A DNA stretch of 64,000 nucleotides, taken from NCBI GenBank assembly GCA_963746845.1, contig CAVVCZ010000004.1, positions 608,001 through 672,000 of the forward strand, written 5' to 3'. This DNA comes from an uncultured Chloroflexia bacterium. Its GTDB lineage: Bacteria > Chloroflexota > Limnocylindria > Limnocylindrales > CSP1-4. Shown piece after piece: positions 19,746 through 29,304 of this stretch. Position numbers and translations under genes: made by a program. The stretch's first letter is position 1. The number at the start of each line of letters is the position of its first letter. The notes under the pieces are model-generated. The model was given only the letters and a program-made list of their open reading frames with translations. It was not told the DNA's origin and did no database searches.

Positions 19746-20456
19746 TCAGGGCGAGGGCGACGGCGACGCGACGGGCGCGGTCGGCGGGATCGACGCGATC
19801 AGCGCCTCGACCTGGGCCCGTGCAGCCGCCTCGGTGAGCGGGCCGTTCACGATCGCGTGGATCGCGCCTTCGGGGCCGATGAAGAACGACGTCGGGATCC
19901 CGTTCAGGCGGTACGCGTCGTAGACGGCGCCCGTGACGTCGGCCGCGATCGTGTAGCCGAGCTGGTAGCGGGTCGCATAGCTCCGGACGTCATCGACGCT
20001 CGTCTCGCGCACGCTCACCCCGACGACCTCCAGGCCGCGATCGCGGTACGCCTCCGAGACGTCGCGCAGGACCGGAACCTCGAACTGGCAGGGCGGGCAC
20101 CAGGACGCCCAGAAGTTGAGCCAGACCGCCCGGCCACGGAGCGCCGCCAGCTGGACGGGCTTGCCGTCGAGATCAAGGAGGGGCGTGGGCTGGCCGTCCG
20201 GCCCGAGGATCGTCAGCTCCGGGGGGACATCGCCGGGCTTCAGGCCGTTCGCGACCGCCGGCCCGATCACGTACTGGGTCGGCTGGGGATTGCCCGGGAC
20301 GAGGCCCCCGGCGGTTCCGAGCGGCGTCGTGATCACCACCAGCACGATCGCGACGACGACGATGACGATCGCGCCGCCGAGCAGCTGTCGCCCGCCGAAC
20401 GGGCCGATCAGCCCGCGCCGCTCCTTGCGATGGACGAACTCCGGCCGGTCGGTCAC
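19746..20456 (-). CDS. TlpA/ResA family thiol-disulfide oxidoreductase
   Basis: TM anchor; LNFWASWCPPC; GIPTSFFI. Confidence 0.92.
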   Translation of the reverse strand: MTDRPEFVHRKERRGLIGPFGGRQLLGGAIVIVVVAIVLVVITTPLGTAGGLVPGNPQPTQYVIGPAVANGLKPGDVPPELTILGPDGQPTPLLDLDGKPVQLAALRGRAVWLNFWASWCPPCQFEVPVLRDVSEAYRDRGLEVVGVSVRETSVDDVRSYATRYQLGYTIAADVTGAVYDAYRLNGIPTSFFIGPEGAIHAIVNGPLTEAAARAQVEALIASIPPTAPVASPSPSP

Positions 20457-21284
20457 TCAGACCCCGGGGAAGTTGAAGTAGCGCGGCAGGAGCGACAGCC
20501 AGTCGAACACCATCGCCAGCCCGATGGCGACGACCAGCAGCCCGCCGACCACCGACACCGCGTGCCCGTGCCGCACGAGGGGGCGCAGGACGGCAGGTGC
20601 CCGGTCGAGCAGGAGCGCGATCGCGAGGAACGGCAATCCGAGCCCGAGCGTGTACGCGACGAGCAGGATCGCGCCCTGCGCCACGGTCGTGGTGGTCGAC
20701 GCCATCGTCAGGATCGCGCCCAGGATCACGCCGATGCACGGCGTCCAGCCGATCGCGAAGATCGCGCCGAGCCCGAACGAGGCCAGCCAGCCCCCGCGCT
20801 GGCTCACGAGCCGGCCCCCGAGCCGATCACCGATCGTCGGCGCGGCGCCGGTCCCGAACGACATCGTCCCGGTCGAGGTCGCGACAGAGGCCGAGGCTCC
20901 GGCGTCGAGCGGCCGCCACGTCCGATCCAGGGCGGGCACGCGCAGGATCCCCGCGAGGTTCAGCCCGAGCAGGATCAGGATGATCCCGCCGATCTGGCGG
21001 AGGACCGGCATCCATTGGGACAGCCCGGCCGCCGCGAACGTCGCCGTCACCCCCAGGACCGTGAACACGACGCCGAACCCGGCGACGTACGCCAGGGCAT
21101 GGCGGAACGCCGTCCACCGGCTGGGCGTCGCCGGGGTGCCGTCCGGCCCCGGTCCGGAGCCGGCCACCGCCACCGCGGTCAGCTGCCCGAGGTACGCGGG
21201 CACGAGCGGCAGCACGCACGGGCTGAGGAAGCTGATCAGGCCCGCCGCGAGCGCCACGAGGATCGTGAGGTTGTCGGCGCTCAC
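20457..21284 (-). CDS. ccdA: Cytochrome c biogenesis protein CcdA
   Basis: AGLISFLSPCVLPLVPAYL and GWTPCIG. Confidence 0.93.
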   Translation of the reverse strand: MSADNLTILVALAAGLISFLSPCVLPLVPAYLGQLTAVAVAGSGPGPDGTPATPSRWTAFRHALAYVAGFGVVFTVLGVTATFAAAGLSQWMPVLRQIGGIILILLGLNLAGILRVPALDRTWRPLDAGASASVATSTGTMSFGTGAAPTIGDRLGGRLVSQRGGWLASFGLGAIFAIGWTPCIGVILGAILTMASTTTTVAQGAILLVAYTLGLGLPFLAIALLLDRAPAVLRPLVRHGHAVSVVGGLLVVAIGLAMVFDWLSLLPRYFNFPGV

Positions 21285-21568
21285 GCGAGCGTCCCGTCGA
21301 GCGTGTCGGCCAGGAACCGGCGGATGCGCGACGGCGAGGTCGCGAGCTCCAGCCGCCGGCCTCCGAGCTCCAGGACGGGGATCAGGCCGCGGAGCGTCGC
21401 CTCCAGCTCGGGGTGTACGGCGATGTCGCGCTCACGGAGCGCCGCCGTCCGCCCGCCGCGCGCGGCACGGTCCTCGAGCAGGCCCTGGACGAGAGCGCGC
21501 GTCTCGTCGCACAGCCCGCAGCCGTCGCGCGTGTACAGGATCAGCTCGGGGAGGGGAGAGCCCGTCAT
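21281..21568 (-). CDS. Glutaredoxin-like protein (DUF836)
   Basis: LYTRDGCGLCD, IPVL. Confidence 0.85.
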   Translation of the reverse strand: MTGSPLPELILYTRDGCGLCDETRALVQGLLEDRAARGGRTAALRERDIAVHPELEATLRGLIPVLELGGRRLELATSPSRIRRFLADTLDGTLA

Positions 21569-21749
21569 TGCGCCTGCATTCTAGGGTCGATCCCCGTGTC
21601 GCTCGTCCGTCGCCGCCCGACTGTCCCGAACTCCACCGGACTGGCCCGAAATGACCATGCCATCTGGGACTGGACGCGGCGGGTTCTGCACCGGATGATG
21701 CGTCCCTTCGACGGGACCGTCCCGTCGGTCGGCGTGAGGTCAGGGGGCG

Positions 21750-23555
21750 ATGGCCGTCTCCGAGGAGGTCCTGGAACAGCGGCGGGGGATCCATATCGTG
21801 CGGCCCGGCCGCCGGTTCGTGGCGTTCCTGATCGCGGCGATGCTCGGTGCCGCGGCCGTCGTCGGTGGCTTCGTCGCCTTCCACGAGAGCCTGGCTGGTC
21901 GGATCCTGCCCGGCATCTCCGTCGCGGGTGTCGACCTCGGCGGGATGACCCGGGACGAGGCACGCGCCGCGCTCCAGACACGATACGGCCCGCTCTCGCA
22001 GGGCGGACTGATCCTCCGGACCGGACTCGGCTCGACGACGATCCCCTTCGGGGCGGTCGGTCGCGGCGCCGACATCGACGCGATGCTGGCCGATGCGACC
22101 GCCCGTGGGCGCGGCGGGACCTGGCTGGACGAGACGATCGCCGCGATCCGTCTCCGCCTCGAGCCCGACACGGTGCCGCTCGTCCTCACCTACGATCCCG
22201 CCAGGGCCGCGGCGGCCGTGAACGCGTTCGTCGACCGGATGGCGCTCCGGCCCGTGGACGCGTCCGCGATCCGGACCCCGAACGGGTTCGCCACGATCCC
22301 GTCCGTCGACGGCCGGCAGGTCGATACCGCAGCCGCGATCAGCGCCGTGGACGGCGCGATGCGTGATCCCGCGACGGTCGCCGGCGCCGCCGTGGAGGCG
22401 CCGTCGGTCCATGTCACGCCGAAGTTGACGACGGAGGCCGCCGATCAGGCCCGAACGGCGGCGCAGGCGATGGTCGGCGACCTGAAGGTTTCGGCCGGAT
22501 CGAAGACCTGGACGATCTACGGCGGCCGGATCCGGACGTGGATCGACTTCGGCTGGACGGATGGAACCTACGGTCCGGTCATCAACAAGGCACTGATCCC
22601 GAAGGCCTTCACGACGATCGGCAAGCGCGTCGCCCGCCCGGTCCATGACGCCGCCTTCCTGCGCGACCGGGGCGGGCGGATCGTCGGCGCGATGGCCGAC
22701 AGTGCCGGCCGGGAGCTCGACGTCGACGCCACCGCCGACCGGATCACGGCCGCCCTCGCGGCACGCGCCACGGGACAGACGCCCGGGACGATCAAGCTGG
22801 CGCTCGCGGCGATCCTCCCGTCGAAGACGACCGCGGACGTCGTGAAGACCGCACCGCTGATGGTCCGGCTCGGCGGGTGGTCGACGTTCTACCAGGTCGC
22901 GCCGCACAACGGGATGGGCGCGAACATCACGGTCCCGACGCGTCGGCTGAACGGAACGGTCGTCCAGCCGGGCCAGGTGTTCGACTTCTGGCAGGCCCTG
23001 GGAGAGGTCAGCTTCCGGACCGGCTATCGGCTCGGCGGCGCGATCGTCGGCGGGCATTCCGTCGAGGGCAAGGCACTCGCCGGCGGAATCTGCGCCGCGT
23101 CGACGACGCTGTTCAACGCCGCGCTCCGGGCCGGGTTCGAGATCGACGCCCGGCAGCCGCACTGGTACTACATCACGCGCTATCCGCTCGGGCTCGACGC
23201 GACGGTGTCGCAGTCACAGACGATGCGGTTCCGGAACGACACGCCGAACGCGATTCTCATCCGCGGCTTCGCGTCGCCCGGCGTCACCCGGTTCGAGATC
23301 TGGTCCGTGCCGAACGGCCGGACGGTCACGCTGAGCCGCCCGAGCGTCACGAACGTGGTGAAGGGGTTCGACACGAGCGTGAAGACCGCCGCCCTGAGGC
23401 GCGGAACGAGCGAGCGGATCGAGTGGCCGGTCGACGGCAAGGATGTCTCCGTGACCCGGACCGTGCGCGACGCGAACGGCCGGATCATCCACCAGGAGAC
23501 GTACATCTCCCACTATCACCGGATGATCGGGATCAACCGGATCGGGATCGGCTGA
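21750..23555 (+). CDS. VanW family protein with peptidoglycan-binding repeats
   Basis: TM; ILPGISVAGVDLGG; LNGTVVQPGQVFDF; GGICAASTTLFNAA; YPLGLDATV; FRNDT. Confidence 0.9.
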   Translation: MAVSEEVLEQRRGIHIVRPGRRFVAFLIAAMLGAAAVVGGFVAFHESLAGRILPGISVAGVDLGGMTRDEARAALQTRYGPLSQGGLILRTGLGSTTIPFGAVGRGADIDAMLADATARGRGGTWLDETIAAIRLRLEPDTVPLVLTYDPARAAAAVNAFVDRMALRPVDASAIRTPNGFATIPSVDGRQVDTAAAISAVDGAMRDPATVAGAAVEAPSVHVTPKLTTEAADQARTAAQAMVGDLKVSAGSKTWTIYGGRIRTWIDFGWTDGTYGPVINKALIPKAFTTIGKRVARPVHDAAFLRDRGGRIVGAMADSAGRELDVDATADRITAALAARATGQTPGTIKLALAAILPSKTTADVVKTAPLMVRLGGWSTFYQVAPHNGMGANITVPTRRLNGTVVQPGQVFDFWQALGEVSFRTGYRLGGAIVGGHSVEGKALAGGICAASTTLFNAALRAGFEIDARQPHWYYITRYPLGLDATVSQSQTMRFRNDTPNAILIRGFASPGVTRFEIWSVPNGRTVTLSRPSVTNVVKGFDTSVKTAALRRGTSERIEWPVDGKDVSVTRTVRDANGRIIHQETYISHYHRMIGINRIGIG

Positions 23556-23569
23556 CATTCGTAACGGGT

Positions 23570-23712
23570 CGTCTCATTCGACAGCCACGGCTACCTGATG
23601 AAGCCACCCGCCTCCAGATGCGCTCAAACGATCGATGACGCGGGCGTTTGAGCTCAGTCGGCGCCCGGTGGGAGCATCAGCGGCGGAGAAGGCCGTCCTG
23701 GCTGTCGTTTGA
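23570..23712. repeat. Gene-less inverted-repeat (MITE/REP-like) element sharing ends with 63031-63194
   Basis: CGACAGCCA...TGGCTGTCG plus inner stems CTGATG/CATCAG and GCTCAAACG/CGTTTGAGC; ends match 16/20 and 12/14 to the 63 kb element. Confidence 0.6.
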
Positions 23713-23762
23713 TCCATCGAGCCGGCGGAGCACTCGCGACGCCGCGGTACGATGAAGACCGC

Positions 23763-23838
23763 GCCCCCGTAGCTCAGTGGACAGAGCGAGGCCGTCCTAA
23801 GGCCTGCGTCGGCGGTTCGAGTCCGTCCGGGGGCGCCA
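23763..23838 (+). tRNA. tRNA-Arg(CCT)
   Basis: GCCCCCG/CGGGGGC acceptor, AGGCC-GTCCTAA-GGCCT anticodon arm, TTCGAGT, encoded CCA; TACGAT -10 upstream. Confidence 0.95.
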
Positions 23839-23959
23839 GATGCATTCCCAATGGTCGCGATGAACGGCCCTGGAGCCGGCTCAGCGGGAACAATCCGGCC
23901 ATACGTCGCACCCAGACTAGGTACGCACGGTATCGGCCGTGCCCGTCGGTGGGTCGGAC

Positions 23960-24514
23960 GTGCAACGTGAGCTGGTCGTCAGGGCGCAGCACGGGGATGC
24001 CGAGGCGTTCTCGGCACTGGCCGCTGGGCTGATGACTCGCCTTTTCGCGACGGCGCGGCTGATCCTTCGCAGCGACGAATCCGCAGCCGATGCGGTCCAG
24101 GACGCGATGCTCCGGGCATGGCTCGACCTGCGCGGGCTGCGGGATCCCGATCGCTTCGAGGCGTGGCTCCACCGACTCCTGATCCGGTCCTGCTATCGCG
24201 CCGCCAAGCGCCACCGAACGCGTCAGGTCACCGAGATCCACCTCGACCCTGGACCGGAACCGGCCGTAGCCGACGTCCAGGCATCGATCGCGGTGCGCGA
24301 CCAGCTCGAGCGTGGGTTCCTTCGGCTCAATACCGACCAGCGGGCCGCCGTCGTGCTGCACCACTACCTCGACCTGTCGCTCCTTGAGACGGCGGAGATC
24401 CTGGGTGTGCCGCTCGGCACGGTCCAATCGCGCATCAACAGGGCGATGCACGTGATGCGCTCGGCCCTCGAGGCGGACGAGTTCGTCAGCACCGTCCCGG
24501 AGGTGAGCCGATGA
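23960..24514 (+). CDS. ECF RNA polymerase sigma factor
   Basis: DAVQDAMLRAW, DRFEAWLHRL, AEILGVPLGTVQSRINRA. Confidence 0.93.
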   Translation: MQRELVVRAQHGDAEAFSALAAGLMTRLFATARLILRSDESAADAVQDAMLRAWLDLRGLRDPDRFEAWLHRLLIRSCYRAAKRHRTRQVTEIHLDPGPEPAVADVQASIAVRDQLERGFLRLNTDQRAAVVLHHYLDLSLLETAEILGVPLGTVQSRINRAMHVMRSALEADEFVSTVPEVSR

Positions 24515-25830
24515 GCGGCCCTGCAAACCTCGACCGGCTCGTTGCCGAGTGGCTAGCGGCCGATGCGCCGACGCGCCCGCCCGAGGACCTCTACGGCAAC
24601 CTCACGGCTGCGGTCAGCCGGACGCGGCAACACCCGCGTCGGCTTGCCGGCCTCCGGGTCCGGTTCGCGGGTCGGGTCGACGGTGTTCGCGCGGTGGCCG
24701 GTCGCGGTGCGGTCATGGTCGCGGTCGTTGCCCTGCTAATGCTGGCGTTGCTCGCTCTCGGCCTGTCCATCGGCTCGCAGCGACGACTGCCACCGCCCTT
24801 CGGCCCCGCCGCCAACGGCCTGATGGCCTTCGACTCCGGGGGCGTGATCTACACGGTCGATGCGACCGGAGCGGCCACCCAGCGACTGCCGCGCGACGGC
24901 GTCGAGCGATCCGCGCCCAGCTGGTCGCCGGACGGCCAACGCCTCGCCTACTGGTCGATGTCGCCGGTCCAGGGGATGCAGCTGGGCGTGACGGCGAGCA
25001 ACGGCTCCAGCGAGGTTGACGTCCCCATCAGCGCTGAGCCGAACAACGCGATCGCGCCGGAGTGGTCGCCGGACAGCCGACTCCTCGTTTTCGCCACGTC
25101 CGAGCCGCACACCGGCCGGATCTACGTGGCGGACGTCGCGGCCAGGACCGTCCGAGAGCTGCCCGACGAAGCCCTTCGGCCAAGCCATCCGGCCTGGTCG
25201 CCGGACGGGCAGTGGATCGCCTTCCTTGGGGTGCCTGAGGGCTCGATCGACGTCGGCCTGTACGTGGTCCATCCCGACGGCAGCAGCCTCCAACGTCTGC
25301 CGACCTCGAACATCCCGACGCCGATCGACGACCTCGGCATGGCGCGCTGGTCGCCGGATCCGACGTTTTCGCAGCTGCTCTATGTCTTCAACGCGAACGG
25401 CGTCGGTGACATCGCCATCTTTGACGTCGCGAGCGGGCGCGAGGTCATCGTTTCCGAGGCTGTGGCCAACGAGTTCTGGCCGACGTGGTCGCCGGACGGG
25501 CGACGGATCGCCTGGTACGACGCGTCCGAGCCGCAGTCCGAGATCCGCGTCGCCGACGTCGGTCCGGGACCGGCCGTGACCGGAATCCGGTCGGTCCTGA
25601 TCTCGCCGATCCCAGCGGAGGGCGAAGGCTCGGCCTGTGCCGAGCGCCCCTCGATGGCGGGTCGCTTCGTCTGCCAGCCGCCTCAGTGGTCGCCAGATGC
25701 TCAGGGCATCTACGCCGCGGACACGCTGAGCACGCAGATCCTGGTGGTCAGCGCGAACGGAACCGACTCAACTCGTCGAATCCCCGTGCCGGCGACCGGG
25801 CCTGTCAGCTGGCAGCGCGTCGCTCCCTGA
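24511..25830 (+). CDS. Putative anti-sigma factor: cytoplasmic N-domain, TM, TolB/PD40 beta-propeller
   Basis: ATGA overlap with the ECF; repeated PxWSPDG. Confidence 0.85.
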   Translation: MSGPANLDRLVAEWLAADAPTRPPEDLYGNLTAAVSRTRQHPRRLAGLRVRFAGRVDGVRAVAGRGAVMVAVVALLMLALLALGLSIGSQRRLPPPFGPAANGLMAFDSGGVIYTVDATGAATQRLPRDGVERSAPSWSPDGQRLAYWSMSPVQGMQLGVTASNGSSEVDVPISAEPNNAIAPEWSPDSRLLVFATSEPHTGRIYVADVAARTVRELPDEALRPSHPAWSPDGQWIAFLGVPEGSIDVGLYVVHPDGSSLQRLPTSNIPTPIDDLGMARWSPDPTFSQLLYVFNANGVGDIAIFDVASGREVIVSEAVANEFWPTWSPDGRRIAWYDASEPQSEIRVADVGPGPAVTGIRSVLISPIPAEGEGSACAERPSMAGRFVCQPPQWSPDAQGIYAADTLSTQILVVSANGTDSTRRIPVPATGPVSWQRVAP

Positions 25831-26174
25831 CGGATGGAACAACACCTCCGGCGCTGTCCCCATACCTGATAGCGAGCCGGCGATCGAGCCTCGCGGACCG
25901 TGGGGAGGATGACATATCAAAGCGCCAGGGACGACGTGCCGACGGTGCCGACCATTCTTGGGAGTGCGACCGCAGGCGGTGTTCGCGGTCCTCTGCCGGC
26001 AGCCACGCTGACGCGTGACGGGGCTGATCGATCGGTGCACCCTCCAGCCGCCACTTGCCCGAACATCACCAGCACTTCTGTCCGCGAGCTCCGCTGCCGC
26101 CGGACGTTGGGACCGAGCGATCGCATGAGTTCGGGCGGTTCATTCTGGCGAGCATCGAGAAGGAGTTCGACGTG

Positions 26175-27263
26175 ATGCGATCCGTGTTGACCACTGCCGC
26201 CGCGCTCGCCGTCCTCACGATCGCATGCGCAAGCGCTACGCCGCGCACGACGTCGAGTCCAGCGGCGCCGGCCGCGACGACGAGCAAATCACCGAGCCCC
26301 GCCGCGAGCGTCGCGGCGGTGCCCGGCGCCACCGCGGCCGCGACCGTGTTCCGACTGGTGACTGTCGAGCCCGCGGACTCGCCCGAAGGCAAGGCGGTCG
26401 CCTTCTTCGCCGACGAGGTCAAGCGGCTGTCGGGTGGAAGCGTGACGGTTGAGTCGGCCAGCGAAGACGGCGAGAACGACCAGCACAACATCCAGCGGGT
26501 CACGTCGGGTGATATCGCGATGGCGATCGTTCAAGCCCGCAACTGGGACGATTTCGGAGTGACCACGCTCCAGGCGCTAGAGGCGCCGTTCGTGATCACC
26601 TCTGATGCCCTCGCCGTGGACGCCACGTCGGGCGACCTGGCCGCGGACCTCATGGCCGGCCTGGCTGACAAGGGCGTCGAGGGCCTTGGCCTCTGGCCGA
26701 TCGATCTGCGCCACCCGGTGTCCTTCGGGAAACCCTTCCTCCGGCCCGCCGACATGAACGGGGCCAAGATCAGGATCGTCGGATCAAGGGTCACCGAGGA
26801 TGTGATCTACGCCCTCGGCGCAAAGCCCCTCCGGGGAGGCGAGATCGATGACAGCGAGTTCGACGGCGCCGAGTCCGCCTTCGATCGCGCCTACAGCCTG
26901 CCAAAGGCGGGCACATTCACCGGCAACGTTACCTTCTATCCGCGGGTCGATCTGTTCTTTGTCAGCAAGAAGGCTCTTGATCGTCTGTCGCCGGAGCAGC
27001 GGGCCGCTGTCCGGTCGGGCGCCGAAGCGACCCGCAAGTACGTCGTCGACTCCATCGTCTCGGATGTCGCCCAGGCCAAGATCTACTGCGACCAAGCAGG
27101 CGGGTCGGTCGCTCTCGCGGACGAGGCGGGCATGCAGGCGTTCGCCTCGGCGCTAGCGCCCGTTGTGGCCGATCTCGAGCAGAACGCGACAACGAAGAGG
27201 CTTGTCGAGAGGATCCGAGCGCTGCAGAAACCCGAACCGGGAGAGCCGATCAACGCCTGTTGA
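26175..27263 (+). CDS. TRAP transporter substrate-binding lipoprotein (DctP-like)
   Basis: TIAC lipobox; FADEVKRLSGG, LEAPF, DMNGAKIR, FDGAE. Confidence 0.85.
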   Translation: MRSVLTTAAALAVLTIACASATPRTTSSPAAPAATTSKSPSPAASVAAVPGATAAATVFRLVTVEPADSPEGKAVAFFADEVKRLSGGSVTVESASEDGENDQHNIQRVTSGDIAMAIVQARNWDDFGVTTLQALEAPFVITSDALAVDATSGDLAADLMAGLADKGVEGLGLWPIDLRHPVSFGKPFLRPADMNGAKIRIVGSRVTEDVIYALGAKPLRGGEIDDSEFDGAESAFDRAYSLPKAGTFTGNVTFYPRVDLFFVSKKALDRLSPEQRAAVRSGAEATRKYVVDSIVSDVAQAKIYCDQAGGSVALADEAGMQAFASALAPVVADLEQNATTKRLVERIRALQKPEPGEPINAC

Positions 27264-27332
27264 CGAGCTCGCAGCGTCGACGGGCAGGGAACAACGCATC
27301 GAAGACCTGCCGCACCGAGGCTCGGCCGCGGC

Positions 27333-28385
27333 TCAGGATGCCGGCCGGAGATAGACCGGATACTCGCGCACGGCGGCCGGCCTGCCGCTGTACTCCGAGA
27401 TGTCCCAGACCCGCAGGGTTCCCCACTGGGCGATCGGAACGTCGTAGGACAGGGTCACGTCGAACGCACCCCAGCAGCCGGTTCCGCATGACGCGAGCAC
27501 CGGAGCATCGAGCAGGACCTTGTCATTGCCATCGAGGAGAGCGATCCGGAATTGCGCCTCGTTGACGTTGGCGAGCCCGGTGACCCGACCGGGGTTCAGC
27601 AGGGCGGCACCCCACGCCGGCCGATCGACGAAGATCAGGGGCAGGAAGTGGTCGCGGTACGTCGCGCGGGTGACGGGCTTGTCCATGGCGATTGCCTCGG
27701 ACGCACCGCTTTCCGGGTCCGGCATTCCGAACAACACCTTGACCGGCTTGCCGTCGAGCTTGAAGTTGACGCGATCCACCGTCGTGAATTGGGTCAGGGT
27801 GTAGACGACCTGGGCCACACGTCCGTGAAGCGAGTAGCTTCCGCCATCCCAGACGTCGTCAGGGGATAGCGAGGCGAACTCGGCGGACAGGTCGACCGTC
27901 GCGAGGCCTCCCGAGATCTCGATCCCGAGGAGCTTCGAACCGGCGGGGATGAGGGTCTTGATCGGCCACGTCGGCGCTCGCTCCTTGGCCGATGGTCCTG
28001 CGAGCAGCGCCTTCATCGCGGCCGTTGCCGTCGCCGTGCTCCTGGGCACCGTCCGGAGGACCGGAACGAGAGTCGGCTCGTTGACGACCTCGCCACCGCT
28101 TCCATCGCGCATCAGGAAGTAGGCGCGAACGACCATCGTGGTGGGCGTCGGTGAGGGCGTCGGTGGCGCGACCGTCGGACTCGGTGTCGCCGGAGCGAGC
28201 GTGGGGGATTGCGTCGGCGAAGGCGTTGGCGCAGCTGACGGCGATGGCGAGGGCGAGGCCGTCGGCGACGGGAGGCTGGCGGTGGGGGTGCCCGAGGCCG
28301 TTCCGCTCGGGCTTGCCCCGGGCGCGGCGCACGCTGTAACGAGGGCAAGCGCGAGGAGCGCGACGACTGGCTGACGGCGGAACAT
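27333..28385 (-). CDS. GerMN + Gmad2 (Ig-like) lipoprotein
   Basis: VTAC lipobox, ALLAGPS, AQVVYTLTQF, GLANVNEA, CGTGCWG.F. Confidence 0.85.
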   Translation of the reverse strand: MFRRQPVVALLALALVTACAAPGASPSGTASGTPTASLPSPTASPSPSPSAAPTPSPTQSPTLAPATPSPTVAPPTPSPTPTTMVVRAYFLMRDGSGGEVVNEPTLVPVLRTVPRSTATATAAMKALLAGPSAKERAPTWPIKTLIPAGSKLLGIEISGGLATVDLSAEFASLSPDDVWDGGSYSLHGRVAQVVYTLTQFTTVDRVNFKLDGKPVKVLFGMPDPESGASEAIAMDKPVTRATYRDHFLPLIFVDRPAWGAALLNPGRVTGLANVNEAQFRIALLDGNDKVLLDAPVLASCGTGCWGAFDVTLSYDVPIAQWGTLRVWDISEYSGRPAAVREYPVYLRPAS

Positions 28386-28542
28386 GACCTGTCTCCCGAA
28401 GAGATTCATCCACCCTCCAGGATCAGTACTCGGCTCTGCGCCGACACGTGCCGTCAGTCACGAACTCATCGGCCACCCGGCCCAACCGCGACTGGCTCTG
28501 ATCTGCGAGATGGCAGTCCAAGACGCTGCGTGGTTACTGGCT

Positions 28543-28565
28543 GTTCGAGTCCGTCCGCGGGCGCC
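28543..28565 (+). repeat. att-like direct repeat of the tRNA-Arg 3' end
   Basis: GTTCGAGTCCGTCCGCGGGCGCC, 22/23 identical to 23815-23837. Confidence 0.85.
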
Positions 28566-28743
28566 CTGAGCACAGCGAGCGGAGGATCGGCCCGCCGCTA
28601 GCGCGGTTCGAATATGAGTGCGCGAGTACGCGTCCAGCGCAAGGTTCTCCGAGACGTCCGGCCACGCGCCCGGGGAATGGTTCGACGCTCCGTGACGCCT
28701 ATACCCTTGAACGCGGCCAGATGGACGCGTCACGTGGGTGACG

Positions 28744-29304
28744 ATGAACCAGCGGGAACTCGTCGAGCGGGCAGGGCGGGGCGATCATGACGCCTTCGCG
28801 GTGCTCGTCGGCGTGTCCATCGCGCGACTGGAGGCCGTCGCCCGCCTCATCCTCCGGGACCAGGAGCTCGCGCGCGACGCGGTCCAGGAGGGATACATCA
28901 AGGCCTGGCGCGACCTTCCGGGTCTGCGTGATCCCGACCGGTTCGACGCCTGGCTCCATCGCCTGACCGTCAACGCCTGCCTTGACGTCGCCCGTCGACG
29001 TGGTCGCAGGCCGATCGAGGTCGAGCTCTCGCCGTTGAGCCCCGGGTCGGTCGGCGATTCGACTGCCCTCGTGGCCGATCGCGACGAGCTCGAGCGCGGC
29101 TTCCGTCGGCTGTCGGCCGAGCAGCGCGCCGTCCTCGTGCTCCACTACTACGTCGGGATGTCCATGCCGGCGGTCGCCGAAACGCTGGACCTCCCCGTCG
29201 GGACGGCCCAATCGAGGCTCGCCCGAGCCCTCGCGGCCATGCGGGTCGCGCTGGGAACCGACGCCGAGCTCGGGAATGCCCTGCGGAACGGAGAGCTCGC
29301 ATGA
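28744..29304 (+). CDS. ECF RNA polymerase sigma factor (paralog of 23960)
   Basis: DAVQEGYIKAW, DRFDAWLHRL, AETLDLPVGTAQSRLARA. Confidence 0.93.
   Translation: MNQRELVERAGRGDHDAFAVLVGVSIARLEAVARLILRDQELARDAVQEGYIKAWRDLPGLRDPDRFDAWLHRLTVNACLDVARRRGRRPIEVELSPLSPGSVGDSTALVADRDELERGFRRLSAEQRAVLVLHYYVGMSMPAVAETLDLPVGTAQSRLARALAAMRVALGTDAELGNALRNGELA

Noticed and set aside
23595-23601. CTGATGA resembling a hammerhead ribozyme core
   Set aside because: No correctly placed GAAA partner; the segment pairs with CATCAG within the rod instead.
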